Origin: an uncultured bacterium
GTDB taxonomy: Bacteria > Desulfobacterota_D > UBA1144 > Nemesobacterales > UBA2774
Length of the DNA: 64,000 nt
NCBI GenBank assembly: GCA_963825135.1
Contig: CAWGRW010000009.1
Span: 1,504,001 to 1,568,000 of the forward strand
Direction of reading: 5' to 3'
The notes below the pieces were generated by a model, which worked only from the letters and a program-made list of their open reading frames with translations, searched no databases and was not told the origin of the DNA. A program made the position numbers and the translations under genes. Shown piece by piece: positions 1 through 10,621 of the stretch; the first letter of the stretch is position 1, and every line of letters starts with the position of its first letter.

Positions 1-2
1 GC

Positions 3-881
3 CATACGGTCGTGGGAGTAGACTCGTTTCTCGACTACTACCCCCGAAAGATTAAAGAGCGCAACGTCGAGGGCCTGGTCGTTAAAAAGGGGTTCGAGTT
101 CATCGAAGGAGACATACTCTGCCTTGATCTCGATAAGCTCTTAAGCGGCATAGACGCGGTGTTCCATCAGGCTGCGATCGCGGGAGTGAGGTCGAGCTGG
201 GGCGCCGGGTTCGACGAATACGTCAGGAACAACATACTCGGGACGCAGCTCCTGCTGGAGGCCTGCAGGGACGGTCGTATCAAAAAGTTCGTGTACGCAT
301 CCTCCTCGTCCGTTTACGGCGATTGCGACGAGCTCCCGATAAAGGAGACCTCCCCCGTGAGGCCGGTCTCGCCTTACGGTGTTACTAAGCTCTCAGGCGA
401 GCAGCTCGCTTATCTCTACTACAAGGGCTACGGAGTCCCGGTCGTGTCTCTCAGATACTTCACCGTCTACGGTCCGAGGCAGCGCCCGGACATGGCCTTC
501 CACAAGTTTCTGAAGGCGGTAATCACGGGAGGGGAGATAGAGGTCTACGGCACGGGGGAGCAGACGAGGGATTTCACCTTCATCGGGGACGCTGTCAGTG
601 CCAACCTCGCTGCGTTCTCAAACGGCGTGAACGGGGAGGCATACAACGTAGGCGGCGGAAGCAGGATAAAGCTCATCGAATGCATAAGGGTTATCGAGGA
701 GATATGCGGAAAGAAGGCCAATCTCAACTTTACAGACCCCCAGAGGGGCGACGCGGCCCACACCTACGCCGATGTATCGAAGGCAAAAAAGGATTTCGGG
801 TATTCCCCGTCGGTCGGTATAAGGGAAGGGCTGACTGAACACTACGACTGGCTGAAGAAGAATTTAGGGCTTTACCTCTGA
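3..881 (+). CDS. NAD-dependent nucleotide-sugar epimerase/dehydratase (extended SDR), 5'-truncated by window edge
   Basis: The frame is open from position 3. Motifs HQAA, ASSSSVYG, YGVTK (YxxxK), LRYFTVYGP and RDFT are present. The Gly-rich N-terminus lies outside the window. Confidence 0.9.
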   Translation, partial: HTVVGVDSFLDYYPRKIKERNVEGLVVKKGFEFIEGDILCLDLDKLLSGIDAVFHQAAIAGVRSSWGAGFDEYVRNNILGTQLLLEACRDGRIKKFVYASSSSVYGDCDELPIKETSPVRPVSPYGVTKLSGEQLAYLYYKGYGVPVVSLRYFTVYGPRQRPDMAFHKFLKAVITGGEIEVYGTGEQTRDFTFIGDAVSANLAAFSNGVNGEAYNVGGGSRIKLIECIRVIEEICGKKANLNFTDPQRGDAAHTYADVSKAKKDFGYSPSVGIREGLTEHYDWLKKNLGLYL

Positions 882-882
882 G

Positions 883-1752
883 TTAGCTTATCGCCTCTTT
901 CAGGGTCTCCCCCATCTCTGCAGGGCTCGGGCATACCCGCACCCCCGCTCTTTCTAGCGCCGCTACCTTGTCCTTGGCGCTTCCCGAGCTTCCCGATATG
1001 ATCGCCCCCGCGTGTCCCATCCTTTTCCCTTTGGGGGCGGTCGCTCCGGCTATAAACGCAACTACGGGTTTTGACATATGGCTCTTGATGAATTCGGCAG
1101 CTTCCTCTTCCGCGCTTCCGCCGATCTCGCCTATCATCACTACAGCGTCCGTATCCTTGTCCTTTTCAAATAGCTTCAATATGTCGATGAACGTCGAGCC
1201 GATTATAGGGTCTCCGCCAATCCCGACGCTTGTGGACTGCCCTATGCCGAGGTTGGACAGCTGCCATACGGCCTCATAAGTGAGCGTGCCGCTGCGGGAG
1301 ATAATGCCTATTCTTCCGGGCGTGTGTATGTATCCGGGCATAATGCCTACCTTCGCTTCGCCGGGCGTCATCACTCCGGGGCAGTTGGGCCCCACGAGAC
1401 GCGCCTTCTTGCCCTTCAGGTACTCCTTTACCTTAATCATGTCCTGCGTCGGGACGCCTTCGGTGATACATATTACGAGCTCGATCCCGGCGTCTATAGC
1501 CTCCACCATCGAATCCATCGCGAACGGGGCGGGTACGAATATAAGAGACGCGTTAGCCCCGGTCTTTTTGACTGCGGCCGCCACTGTGTCGAATACGGGG
1601 AACCCCTCGACCTCTGTCCCGCCTTTCCCCGGCGTGACTCCGCCCACGACCTTCGTGCCGTATTCGCGGCACTGTGTGGCGTGGAACAGGCCCGCGCTCC
1701 CGGTAATCCCCTGAACTATTACTTTTGTATTTTTATTGACCAGGATACTCAT
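883..1752 (-). CDS. sucD: Succinate-CoA ligase alpha subunit
   Basis: Motifs [29 protein letters not shown] and phospho-His motif RMGHAGA. AAGGAG RBS upstream. Confidence 0.97.
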   Translation of the reverse strand: MSILVNKNTKVIVQGITGSAGLFHATQCREYGTKVVGGVTPGKGGTEVEGFPVFDTVAAAVKKTGANASLIFVPAPFAMDSMVEAIDAGIELVICITEGVPTQDMIKVKEYLKGKKARLVGPNCPGVMTPGEAKVGIMPGYIHTPGRIGIISRSGTLTYEAVWQLSNLGIGQSTSVGIGGDPIIGSTFIDILKLFEKDKDTDAVVMIGEIGGSAEEEAAEFIKSHMSKPVVAFIAGATAPKGKRMGHAGAIISGSSGSAKDKVAALERAGVRVCPSPAEMGETLKEAIS

Positions 1753-1806
1753 GTTTACTTACTCCTTTAGGCGATTCCTTATTCAAAGCCGTGACGGCGG
1801 AGAGGA

Positions 1807-1835
1807 ATCATAACACAGTGTTTTGCCGCTTGCAA
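1807..1835 (-). promoter_or_regulatory. sigma70-type promoter for sucD
   Basis: The minus strand reads TTGCAA-N17-TATGAT with an extended -10 TG. Confidence 0.6.
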
Positions 1836-1950
1836 ACCCCGGAACCCGCCGCTCGATCCGGGCCTTATCAACCGTATTATCGGGAGTTTTTTCGCCCCAC
1901 GCCGCAGACTATACGGTCTCTACGCATATTTTTGCGGTCGTCCGGACAGG

Positions 1951-2820
1951 TTATTCTATATTCTGGAGCTGCTCCCTTATTTTCTCAAGCTCCGACCTGA
2001 GCTCTATGGTAAAATGGGAGATTTCGGCGTCCTTGGCCTTCGCCGCTACGGTGCCTGCCTCGCGGTTCATCTCCTGGAGCAGGAAATCTAGCTCCTTTCC
2101 TATCGACCCCTTGTCCTTGATGGTTTCCCTGAATTTGCCGATGTGAGCCTTTAATCTGACCAGCTCTTCCGTAATGTCGCTTCTTTCCGTGAGGAATGCC
2201 GCTTCCTGATAGAGCCTCGCTTCGTCTATCTGGTTGTCTTCGAGGATTTTCGATATCCTCTCCTTGAGCTTCACCGAGGCGGTCTCCATGAAGTCCTTTC
2301 TTTTTGTTGTTATCGTGCGTGTGAGGCCCTCGATCTTGTCGAGTCTCTCCCTGAAATCCTTCTCGAGCTTCTTCCCCTCGGCCTTTCTTGTTTCGTCGAG
2401 CTTTTGAATCGCCTTTGAGAGGACTTTCTCGATCTCGAGGATATCGCCTGCGGTGAAATGATCGTCTGCTTTGGTCGTAAATATGTCCTTGACCGTAAGG
2501 AAATGCTCGAGCCGCAATTCTTCTTTTATTCCGAACTCCTTCTTCAGGGATTCGATGCTCTTCTTAAATTGCTTCGCAAGATCCAGGTTGAGGACCGGAG
2601 GCGTCGCCTTCGTCCCCTCGAGCGTAACCGTAATTCTCAGCTTGCCCCTCAGAATATGTTTCTTTACGCATTCCGCGAGCTCCGGTTCGATCGAGGAAAC
2701 GGATTCAGGGAGCATCAGCTTTATGTCGAGGAACCTGTGGTTCTCGGACCTCGCTTCAACCACGACCCTTCCGTATCTCGTTTCGCCTTCGCTCTTTCCG
2801 AACCCTGTCATGCTTTTCAT
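1951..2820 (-). CDS. yicC: YicC/YloC family endoribonuclease
   Basis: MKSMTGFG start (ATG 2820 overlaps the upstream stop as ATGA). Motifs SENHRFLDI, DITEELVRL and LDFLLQEMNRE, ending REQLQNIE. Confidence 0.93.
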   Translation of the reverse strand: MKSMTGFGKSEGETRYGRVVVEARSENHRFLDIKLMLPESVSSIEPELAECVKKHILRGKLRITVTLEGTKATPPVLNLDLAKQFKKSIESLKKEFGIKEELRLEHFLTVKDIFTTKADDHFTAGDILEIEKVLSKAIQKLDETRKAEGKKLEKDFRERLDKIEGLTRTITTKRKDFMETASVKLKERISKILEDNQIDEARLYQEAAFLTERSDITEELVRLKAHIGKFRETIKDKGSIGKELDFLLQEMNREAGTVAAKAKDAEISHFTIELRSELEKIREQLQNIE

Positions 2821-3353
2821 CTCTTCGTCACCTCTTTCAATTGACCCGTGTAATCGTGCCTGAGCTTCCCGAACAACTCTCTCATCAGGGCGCTCCCGTA
2901 ATCCGGATAGGTCCATTCGAGCGTTCTGAATTCATCTCTCACATAAATAAGCGTCAGGTCGGCATAAACTCCTCTTCCGAGATAGGGGCGGTGGGAATAA
3001 CCTTTTCCCGTGGCCAGGATTACGTGCTCTTGCGCGATGTATCCGGGATCGATGTTTATAGTCCTCTTATGTTCATATGAAAATACCTTTTCCATGTTAT
3101 TTGTAAATATTTTTATTTCTACGATATCTTCCCTCTTTACGAGATCCCTGAAAGTGATGACGGCCCTCCTGAGCGCGGGCCCCATTTCCTCTTCGTAGTA
3201 TCTGGTGCCGTCGAAAGGCATCTCGCCGCTCCTGAACTCGATCTCGCCGACCCCCTCCCCGAGTTTCCCGATGCACTCCTCTATCCGGGAGGACGGTCTG
3301 TATATCAGTCCCGCAAAGAGCTTGACGGGCTTGGGGTCCTGAAGGAGGCTCAT
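2817..3353 (-). CDS. DUF4416 family protein
   Basis: Motifs YYEEEMG, RTINIDPGY, LATGKGYSHRPYL and WTYPDY. Coupled to yicC, a common arrangement. Confidence 0.85.
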   Translation of the reverse strand: MSLLQDPKPVKLFAGLIYRPSSRIEECIGKLGEGVGEIEFRSGEMPFDGTRYYEEEMGPALRRAVITFRDLVKREDIVEIKIFTNNMEKVFSYEHKRTINIDPGYIAQEHVILATGKGYSHRPYLGRGVYADLTLIYVRDEFRTLEWTYPDYGSALMRELFGKLRHDYTGQLKEVTKR

Positions 3354-3461
3354 GTATTCTCTATCGCCCGGGGCAAAATTGAATTTTTCGCTGAATCAAT
3401 CATTATTTGAGTCTAACGAACTCTATTTCCAGCACCAATTTTACTACATAACCGACCGTTA

Positions 3462-4742
3462 ATGAAAATTAGAGAACCGGTGATCCTGCTTACTTTACTC
3501 TTCATAGCCTCGATTTCGTTAAGCCTCGGAGTCCCGAGGAATTTCGGCAGCGAAATCGGATTTGTGAACGATTACGGTGACAAACTTGTCTATGCCGCCA
3601 GGGGTTCCTGGTACCCGTACTCGAATAATCCATATACGGATATCCCGAGCGAATATCCCCAGGCCGCTACCTATTTCTTCGCCGTGCCTTATATGGTATT
3701 GGGCTCTCCGGGTTCTTTCGACACGCACCTGATCGCGCAGATCGAGCGCTTTGTTAACAGCAATCCTCAGACTAATCCCAACCTGCCGTCTTCTCCGCAT
3801 CTCAGGAACAGGCTCTTCATGCGCTATTCGCTCGTCTTTTCGCTGCTCATGGTCCCGTTCCTATTCTTTTCGATACTGATCGTTTACAACCTGAGGCCCG
3901 AAAGGAAGTACCTCGCATACCTCATGCTCCTTCCGGCCGGGCTATTCTTTACCCACAACAGGTTCGATATAATTCCCGCTTTCCTCGGACTTCTGGCCGT
4001 TTTCCTGCTTTCAAAAAACAGATTCAAGCTGTCGGCGTTCGTAATAGCGTTCGGGTTTCTTACGAAGTGGTACCTCGCGCTCCTGCTTCCCGTATTTCTC
4101 GCCTACTATTACACTCAGAGGAGAAAAATCAACTGGCCGATGGTCCTCGTCTTCGCGGTAACCTGCCTGGCTGTCCTCGTTCCTACTTTCCTGGCAGGCG
4201 GCCTGAACGGGCTCTTCGCTCCTTATATCGCCCAGCTCTCCCGCGACCTTGACCAGCCGTCCTTGTTTTTCCTCGTGTCCATGCTTCTCGACCGGGGCTT
4301 CGGTCTAGATATCGACAATTTCTATCTCGCGGCCGCGTCGCTCGCACTTCAGTTCTCGGTGATACCGCTCTGCGTGACGAGCAGGGTCGATTCCCTGGAC
4401 AAGGTGATCAGGTGGTCATCGTTATCCATTCTGGTGTTCATCATATTCGCCCGGATAAATTCTCCGCAGTGGATTTTGTGGGTCAGTCCCATGCTTATCT
4501 TGATTGCGGGCAGGGGGATGTTCATAGCGGGCATTGTCCTCCTCGACCTGCTGTCCTACATCCAGTTCCCCGTGCTCTTTTATCTCCGCTCTTACAGCGA
4601 GTCGTATTACAATCTCTTCCTCCTGGCGTTTTCAGTCAAGCTCGCATTACTTATCTTGTTCGCCGTTTATCTATTCGGGGGCCTGATAGGGGATAATCCG
4701 GTTTTCGCCCGCCTGCGGGGCCGGAAGGCGGATCAGTCCTGA
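3462..4742 (+). CDS. Polytopic GT-C membrane glycosyltransferase (GT87/DUF2029-like)
   Basis: About 10 hydrophobic segments with motifs EYP, NRFD, TKWY and NSPQWILW. Confidence 0.7.
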   Translation: MKIREPVILLTLLFIASISLSLGVPRNFGSEIGFVNDYGDKLVYAARGSWYPYSNNPYTDIPSEYPQAATYFFAVPYMVLGSPGSFDTHLIAQIERFVNSNPQTNPNLPSSPHLRNRLFMRYSLVFSLLMVPFLFFSILIVYNLRPERKYLAYLMLLPAGLFFTHNRFDIIPAFLGLLAVFLLSKNRFKLSAFVIAFGFLTKWYLALLLPVFLAYYYTQRRKINWPMVLVFAVTCLAVLVPTFLAGGLNGLFAPYIAQLSRDLDQPSLFFLVSMLLDRGFGLDIDNFYLAAASLALQFSVIPLCVTSRVDSLDKVIRWSSLSILVFIIFARINSPQWILWVSPMLILIAGRGMFIAGIVLLDLLSYIQFPVLFYLRSYSESYYNLFLLAFSVKLALLILFAVYLFGGLIGDNPVFARLRGRKADQS

Positions 4743-4842
4743 ACAGGGGGTTATATATTGTCGATGTGTGAAATTTCTTGATATATCGTCTCCGACAACT
4801 TATTCTAATTGCTTGACGCAGCGGGGTATTTTTGAGAAACGT

Positions 4843-5328
4843 TTGAGAAAATCATTTTATGCGGTAATTGCCGCCTTGATGCTGTCCGCGGTATTTTCCT
4901 GCGTTAAGAAGCCTGAGCCGGAAATCCCCGAGAGGAAGACTCTCGACCCTTCACCGACGAAAGTGGTCGATGAATTGCTCAATGCCTGGCAGCATGAGGA
5001 TTTCAAAAAGGCCTTCAAATATGTCTATGCGCCCTATTCGGACGTGGACGGCTACGTGATTCAGATGAAGAACTATTTCAAGGATAATCAGATAACCATT
5101 CTCGATTATCATATACTGGGGACGCAAATATACGACAGGACGGCTATCGTCGTCGTGGAGCTGAGACAAAAACTTAAATCCTCCAAGACGGGCACCGTCA
5201 TCGAGCTCAATCAGAAGAGCCAGTACGACCTGGGGATCTTCGAGGACAAATGGAAAGTGACTGCGGGAATCTGTATCGAGAACTGTATCGAGAAAGAGCA
5301 GCAATTAAAGGTGAACGACAGCAAATGA
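4843..5328 (+). CDS. Hypothetical lipoprotein, possibly NTF2-like/DUF4878-type fold
   Basis: A TTG start gives a signal peptide ending in lipobox VFSC. The stop overlaps the dapB ATG. The start position is uncertain. Confidence 0.6.
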   Translation: MRKSFYAVIAALMLSAVFSCVKKPEPEIPERKTLDPSPTKVVDELLNAWQHEDFKKAFKYVYAPYSDVDGYVIQMKNYFKDNQITILDYHILGTQIYDRTAIVVVELRQKLKSSKTGTVIELNQKSQYDLGIFEDKWKVTAGICIENCIEKEQQLKVNDSK

Positions 5329-6125
5329 TAAGGGTATCGGTAATGGGTTCAGCGGGGAGGATGGGGCAGAGGATAATTTATTACCTCTCCAGGGACGAGG
5401 GGATCAGGATAGTCGGAGCCAAGGAAGCCGATAGACACCCCTCGCTCGGCATAGACGCGGGGATACTCGCCGGGGTGGGAGAGATAGGCGTCCCTATAAC
5501 GAGCGATATGGCCGGATCCTCGCACGGTGCGGATGTCATCGTCGATTTTTCTTCCCCTAAATCGACGCTGCTTAACGCCTCGTACGCTTCGGCCGAAGGC
5601 AAATCCATGGTGATCGGGACTACGGGCTTTACGGAAGGAGAGGAGAAAGAGCTCTCGGAGATTTGCATGGGGTTACCCTGCGTGGTCTCGGCGAATATGA
5701 GCATCGGCGTAAATGTCATGATAGAGGCGACAAAGATCCTGGCGCGTACCCTTGGGGACGAATACGACGTCGAGATCTTCGAGGCCCACCATAAGCATAA
5801 AGTCGACTCCCCGAGCGGCACGGCGTTAATGATCGGGCAGGCGGCCTCGGAGGGTCTGGGCCGGGATTTCCGGGAAGTCGCCAGATTCGAAAGGCACGGG
5901 AGGGTGGGTGAGCGGAAACAGCATGAGATAGGCATACAGTCGCTCCGGGGCGGGGACGTGGTGGGGGAGCATACCGTCATGTTCCTGGGCGAGGGGGAGA
6001 GGATCGAGCTTACACACAGGGCGTTCAGCAGGGACAATTTCGCCAAGGGAGTCTTGCGCGCTGTAAACTGGGTCCATGGCAAGCCGCCCGGAATCTATTC
6101 CATGAAGGACGTTCTGGCCCTTTGA
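5325..6125 (+). CDS. dapB: 4-hydroxy-tetrahydrodipicolinate reductase
   Basis: Motifs GSAGRMG, VDFS, IGTTG, EAHHKHKVDSPSGTA and FAKG. Confidence 0.97.
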   Translation: MIRVSVMGSAGRMGQRIIYYLSRDEGIRIVGAKEADRHPSLGIDAGILAGVGEIGVPITSDMAGSSHGADVIVDFSSPKSTLLNASYASAEGKSMVIGTTGFTEGEEKELSEICMGLPCVVSANMSIGVNVMIEATKILARTLGDEYDVEIFEAHHKHKVDSPSGTALMIGQAASEGLGRDFREVARFERHGRVGERKQHEIGIQSLRGGDVVGEHTVMFLGEGERIELTHRAFSRDNFAKGVLRAVNWVHGKPPGIYSMKDVLAL

Positions 6126-6131
6126 TCGTAG

Positions 6132-7288
<1,157 letters not shown>

Positions 7289-7289
<1 letters not shown>

Positions 7290-7678
7290 TGTATAAGAAC
7301 ATCATAGCGATAATATCCGTAGCTTTAATGGCGATGGGCGGGTGCCAGGCGCCCGGAGGCGAAGGCGGGGGCGGCACTTCTCCCTTGGCCTTCCTGCCGT
7401 TCGTCCTGATATTCGTCCTGTTTTATTTCCTGATTCTGAGGCCCCAGCAGAAACAGGGCAAAAAAAAGGAAGAGCTGCTGAAGAGCCTTAAGCGCGGAGA
7501 CAATGTCATCACCGCCGGGGGTATCTACGGTAAGATAATGAACATCACGGAAGACGATATTGTAACGCTCGAGGTATCCAAGGGCGTAAGCATCCGCATC
7601 GCCCGCTCCGGTATTTCCGGGCTCGAGGGCCAGGCGAAGGAAGAACCAAAGGATAAGGAGGATAAATCCAAGAAATGA
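7289..7678 (+). CDS. yajC: Preprotein translocase subunit YajC
   Basis: Motifs FYFLILRPQQK and LKRGDNVITAGGIYG, in tgt-yajC-secD-secF order. Confidence 0.95.
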
Positions 7679-9273
7679 GAGCTTCCAGAGGATGGGTTAT
7701 TGCGATTCTCGTCTTTACCGTGCTGTCTGTGCTTTTAATGATCCCGACGGTTGCGGGCGACGCCCTTCCGAAATGGTGGGGAAAAATTTTCCCCGACAAG
7801 GGGATCAACCTCGGGCTTGATTTAAGAGGAGGGATTTTTCTTCTTGTTGGTGTGGACAGCGATAAGGCTATAGAGCATGAGCTTAACAGCATTAACGATT
7901 TTATGGGGCAGGAATTAAAAAACGAAAAGGTGCTGGTTAAGGGTTCTCAGATAACCGGTCAGGATCTGACGATGCAGTTTTTTTCGAAAGAGGACCTAGA
8001 TAAGGCGAAGAAGATCGCGGATGACAACTTCAAGGACAGGACCGATATTGACGAGAAAGATCTATCTTTGAAATTTGCCCTTAAGAGCAGATATCTAGAG
8101 GATGTACGCGTCAGGGCAATCGACCAGGTCAAGCAGGTGCTGGAAAACCGCATTCAGGAGATGGGGCTTGTCGAGCCATCCGTCCAGAAAGCGGGAGCGG
8201 GAAGGATATTGATACAGGTCCCGGGCGCTTCCGAAAAGGACAGGCAGAGAGTAATCGACATAATAAAGCGTTCTGCGGTGCTCCAGTTCAAGATCGTCAA
8301 GGATACGGGTCCTGACCAGGACGTCCTGCTTGCAAAATACGGCGTTAAGACGCCAGAAGAGCTCAAAGCCCAGGGCTTGACGCTCATTCCCGGGTCTACG
8401 GGGACCGAAAACGAGAAATTTTTTATCGCTACCGCCGATTCGCCGGTGACGGGCGAGTCTCTTTCCGACGCGAGGATCATATTCGACGAATTCGGCAGAC
8501 CCGCCGTCGGCTTTAACTTCAAAGGCCAGGGCGCGAGCAGATTCGGCGAGCTGACTGAGAAAAATATCGGCAAGAGACTTGCCATAGACCTCGACGGAAC
8601 AATCAAGTCCGCGCCGACTATTCAGGAGAGAATATCCTCCCAGGGGAGGATTACGGGTAGTTTTACACCCGATGAAGCGAAAGACCTGGCGCTCGTGCTG
8701 CGTTCGGGCGCCCTTCCGGTCCCGGTTAATATCGAGCAGGAAAGGACAGTGGGGCCGTCGCTCGGCAAGGACTCTATAGATAGCGGCATTCGCTCGATGG
8801 TCGTCGGGGGGCTGTTGGTCATCGTCTTCATGATCTTCTTCTACAAGCTGCAGGGCTTTGTCTCCGACCTCGCTCTCGCATTGAACATGCTGTTCATACT
8901 GGGTTTCCTTTCCGCCTTCGGAATTACGCTTACGCTTCCCGGCATAGCGGGTCTCGTCCTTACGATGGGTATGGCCGTTGACGGGAATATTATTATTCTC
9001 GAAAGGATTAAAGAGGAGATCAGGGCCGGGAAATCTCCCTTGGCGGCGATAGACGCGGGTTATGGAAGATCTCTATGGACCGTGCTCGACGCAAACATAA
9101 CGACCCTGATTACGGCCCTCATTCTGTTCTGGTTCGGCACCGGGCCGATAAAAGGCTTCGCAGCGACGGTTTCGATCGGTATTATTTCAACGGTTTTCAG
9201 CAACGTGGTTGTTGCTCGCGTAATGACCAATTTTATTTATCAGGATAGAAAAGTACCTGCTATAAGCATCTAA
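7675..9273 (+). CDS. secD: Protein translocase subunit SecD
   Basis: Motifs LGLDLRGG, LRSGALP, VGPSLG, TLPGIAG, AVDGNIIILERIKEE and DANITT. Confidence 0.97.
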   Translation: MRASRGWVIAILVFTVLSVLLMIPTVAGDALPKWWGKIFPDKGINLGLDLRGGIFLLVGVDSDKAIEHELNSINDFMGQELKNEKVLVKGSQITGQDLTMQFFSKEDLDKAKKIADDNFKDRTDIDEKDLSLKFALKSRYLEDVRVRAIDQVKQVLENRIQEMGLVEPSVQKAGAGRILIQVPGASEKDRQRVIDIIKRSAVLQFKIVKDTGPDQDVLLAKYGVKTPEELKAQGLTLIPGSTGTENEKFFIATADSPVTGESLSDARIIFDEFGRPAVGFNFKGQGASRFGELTEKNIGKRLAIDLDGTIKSAPTIQERISSQGRITGSFTPDEAKDLALVLRSGALPVPVNIEQERTVGPSLGKDSIDSGIRSMVVGGLLVIVFMIFFYKLQGFVSDLALALNMLFILGFLSAFGITLTLPGIAGLVLTMGMAVDGNIIILERIKEEIRAGKSPLAAIDAGYGRSLWTVLDANITTLITALILFWFGTGPIKGFAATVSIGIISTVFSNVVVARVMTNFIYQDRKVPAISI

Positions 9274-9299
9274 AGGACTACTCGGGAGGGTATCGTAAC

Positions 9300-10217
9300 T
9301 TGGATTTAATAAAACCTGGCACTCATATCGATTTCGTGGGGAAAATGGGAAAAGCCTTGGTAATATCGGGCGTACTCATCCTGATTTCGATAGCATCGGT
9401 AATATATCATAAGGGTCCTAACTGGGGGGTCGAGTTCACCGGCGGCAGTGAGATACAGATTAAACTCGCAAAGGACGTGAGCGTCGAGGATATCAGAGCC
9501 GTCCTGACAAAGTCCTCTTACCAGCCGGATGAAGTTCAGAGGCTCGGCCTTCAGAGCGAGCACGAGTACCTGATCAGGTTCAGCTCCGACGTCGTAAAAT
9601 TTGACCAGATACAGGGCTTTCAGAATAAGCTGAGAGAGATAATGGATTCGAATCCCGAGTTCCAGGGCGGTTCTATTTTGAGGGTCGATTATATAGGACC
9701 TAAAGTCGGCGCGGAACTGATAGAGAAGGCGATAATTGCCGTGTTATTGGGATGTGTCGGGATCCTCATATATGTAATGTTCAGGTTCGAGTTCGCTTTC
9801 GCAATGGGGGCCGTCCTCGCGCTCGTGCACGACACGGTCATAACCATAGGAGCCATATCCATTACGGATAAGGAATTCACTCTCACGATTGTAGCCGCCC
9901 TGCTGACGATAATCGGTTATTCGGTGAACGACACTATCATCATATTCGACAGAATTAGAGAGAATGTGAAGAAGGGCGGCGGTTTGAGCTTCGGGGAGAT
10001 CGTGAACAATTCCGTGAATCAAACCCTGTCGAGGACGATATTGACGAGCTTGACGGTTTTCCTCGTGTTGTTATCGCTTTTCTTCCTGGGCGGCTCGGTA
10101 ATACATGATTTCGCCTTTGCACTTATTGTGGGCGTCATAGTGGGTACTTACTCTTCGGTCTTTATAGCGAGCGCGCTCGTCATATACTGGAGAAGATTCA
10201 GAGGAATGACGAATTAA
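9300..10217 (+). CDS. secF: Protein translocase subunit SecF
   Basis: Motifs GVEFTGG, IGPKVG, HD, GYSVNDTIIIFDRIRE and GTYSS. Confidence 0.97.
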   Translation: MDLIKPGTHIDFVGKMGKALVISGVLILISIASVIYHKGPNWGVEFTGGSEIQIKLAKDVSVEDIRAVLTKSSYQPDEVQRLGLQSEHEYLIRFSSDVVKFDQIQGFQNKLREIMDSNPEFQGGSILRVDYIGPKVGAELIEKAIIAVLLGCVGILIYVMFRFEFAFAMGAVLALVHDTVITIGAISITDKEFTLTIVAALLTIIGYSVNDTIIIFDRIRENVKKGGGLSFGEIVNNSVNQTLSRTILTSLTVFLVLLSLFFLGGSVIHDFAFALIVGVIVGTYSSVFIASALVIYWRRFRGMTN

Positions 10218-10621
10218 ATAACGGAAGCCCGCGGTTCGAGCTCTTTCGCTATATCCTCCAGGGACGGCACAGTCCCCGAGCTTACCGTTTTCCCGTTCAC
10301 GATGACAGCGGGCACCGGATACCAGAGCAGCAGGGTCCTTATGGAAGAAATTAGAGGCCCGCGGCGCCTTAAAATGTCTTTAATCACCGCGGGTATGACG
10401 TATATATAGTCTTTGGGCTCGATCTGTATTATCTCCACTTCGTCTTCCGAGTACCTTTCCCTGATTTCCCTGTGGAGCCTCCCGCATTCCCCCGCCGATT
10501 CCCTTATCTCATGGTACGAGGGTTCCTTCTTTGCATGCTCCCCCATGCCTCCCGAGCAGCATATGCACCCGCTTCCCGAATCGCTCTCCCTCACTATGAT
10601 AACGGTCGAGTCGCTAATCGT
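10214..10621 (-). CDS. Cys-rich (GSGCICC) thioredoxin-like hypothetical protein downstream of cstA; probable non-canonical start
   Basis: The ORF begins at the cstA stop. AAGGAGG at 10628-10634 lies 6 nt before ACG (10621) and 9 nt before ATT (10618). The C-terminal PAVIVNG...G.VP is typical of Trx-like folds. Confidence 0.65.
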   Translation of the reverse strand, partial: TISDSTVIIVRESDSGSGCICCSGGMGEHAKKEPSYHEIRESAGECGRLHREIRERYSEDEVEIIQIEPKDYIYVIPAVIKDILRRRGPLISSIRTLLLWYPVPAVIVNGKTVSSGTVPSLEDIAKELEPRASVI

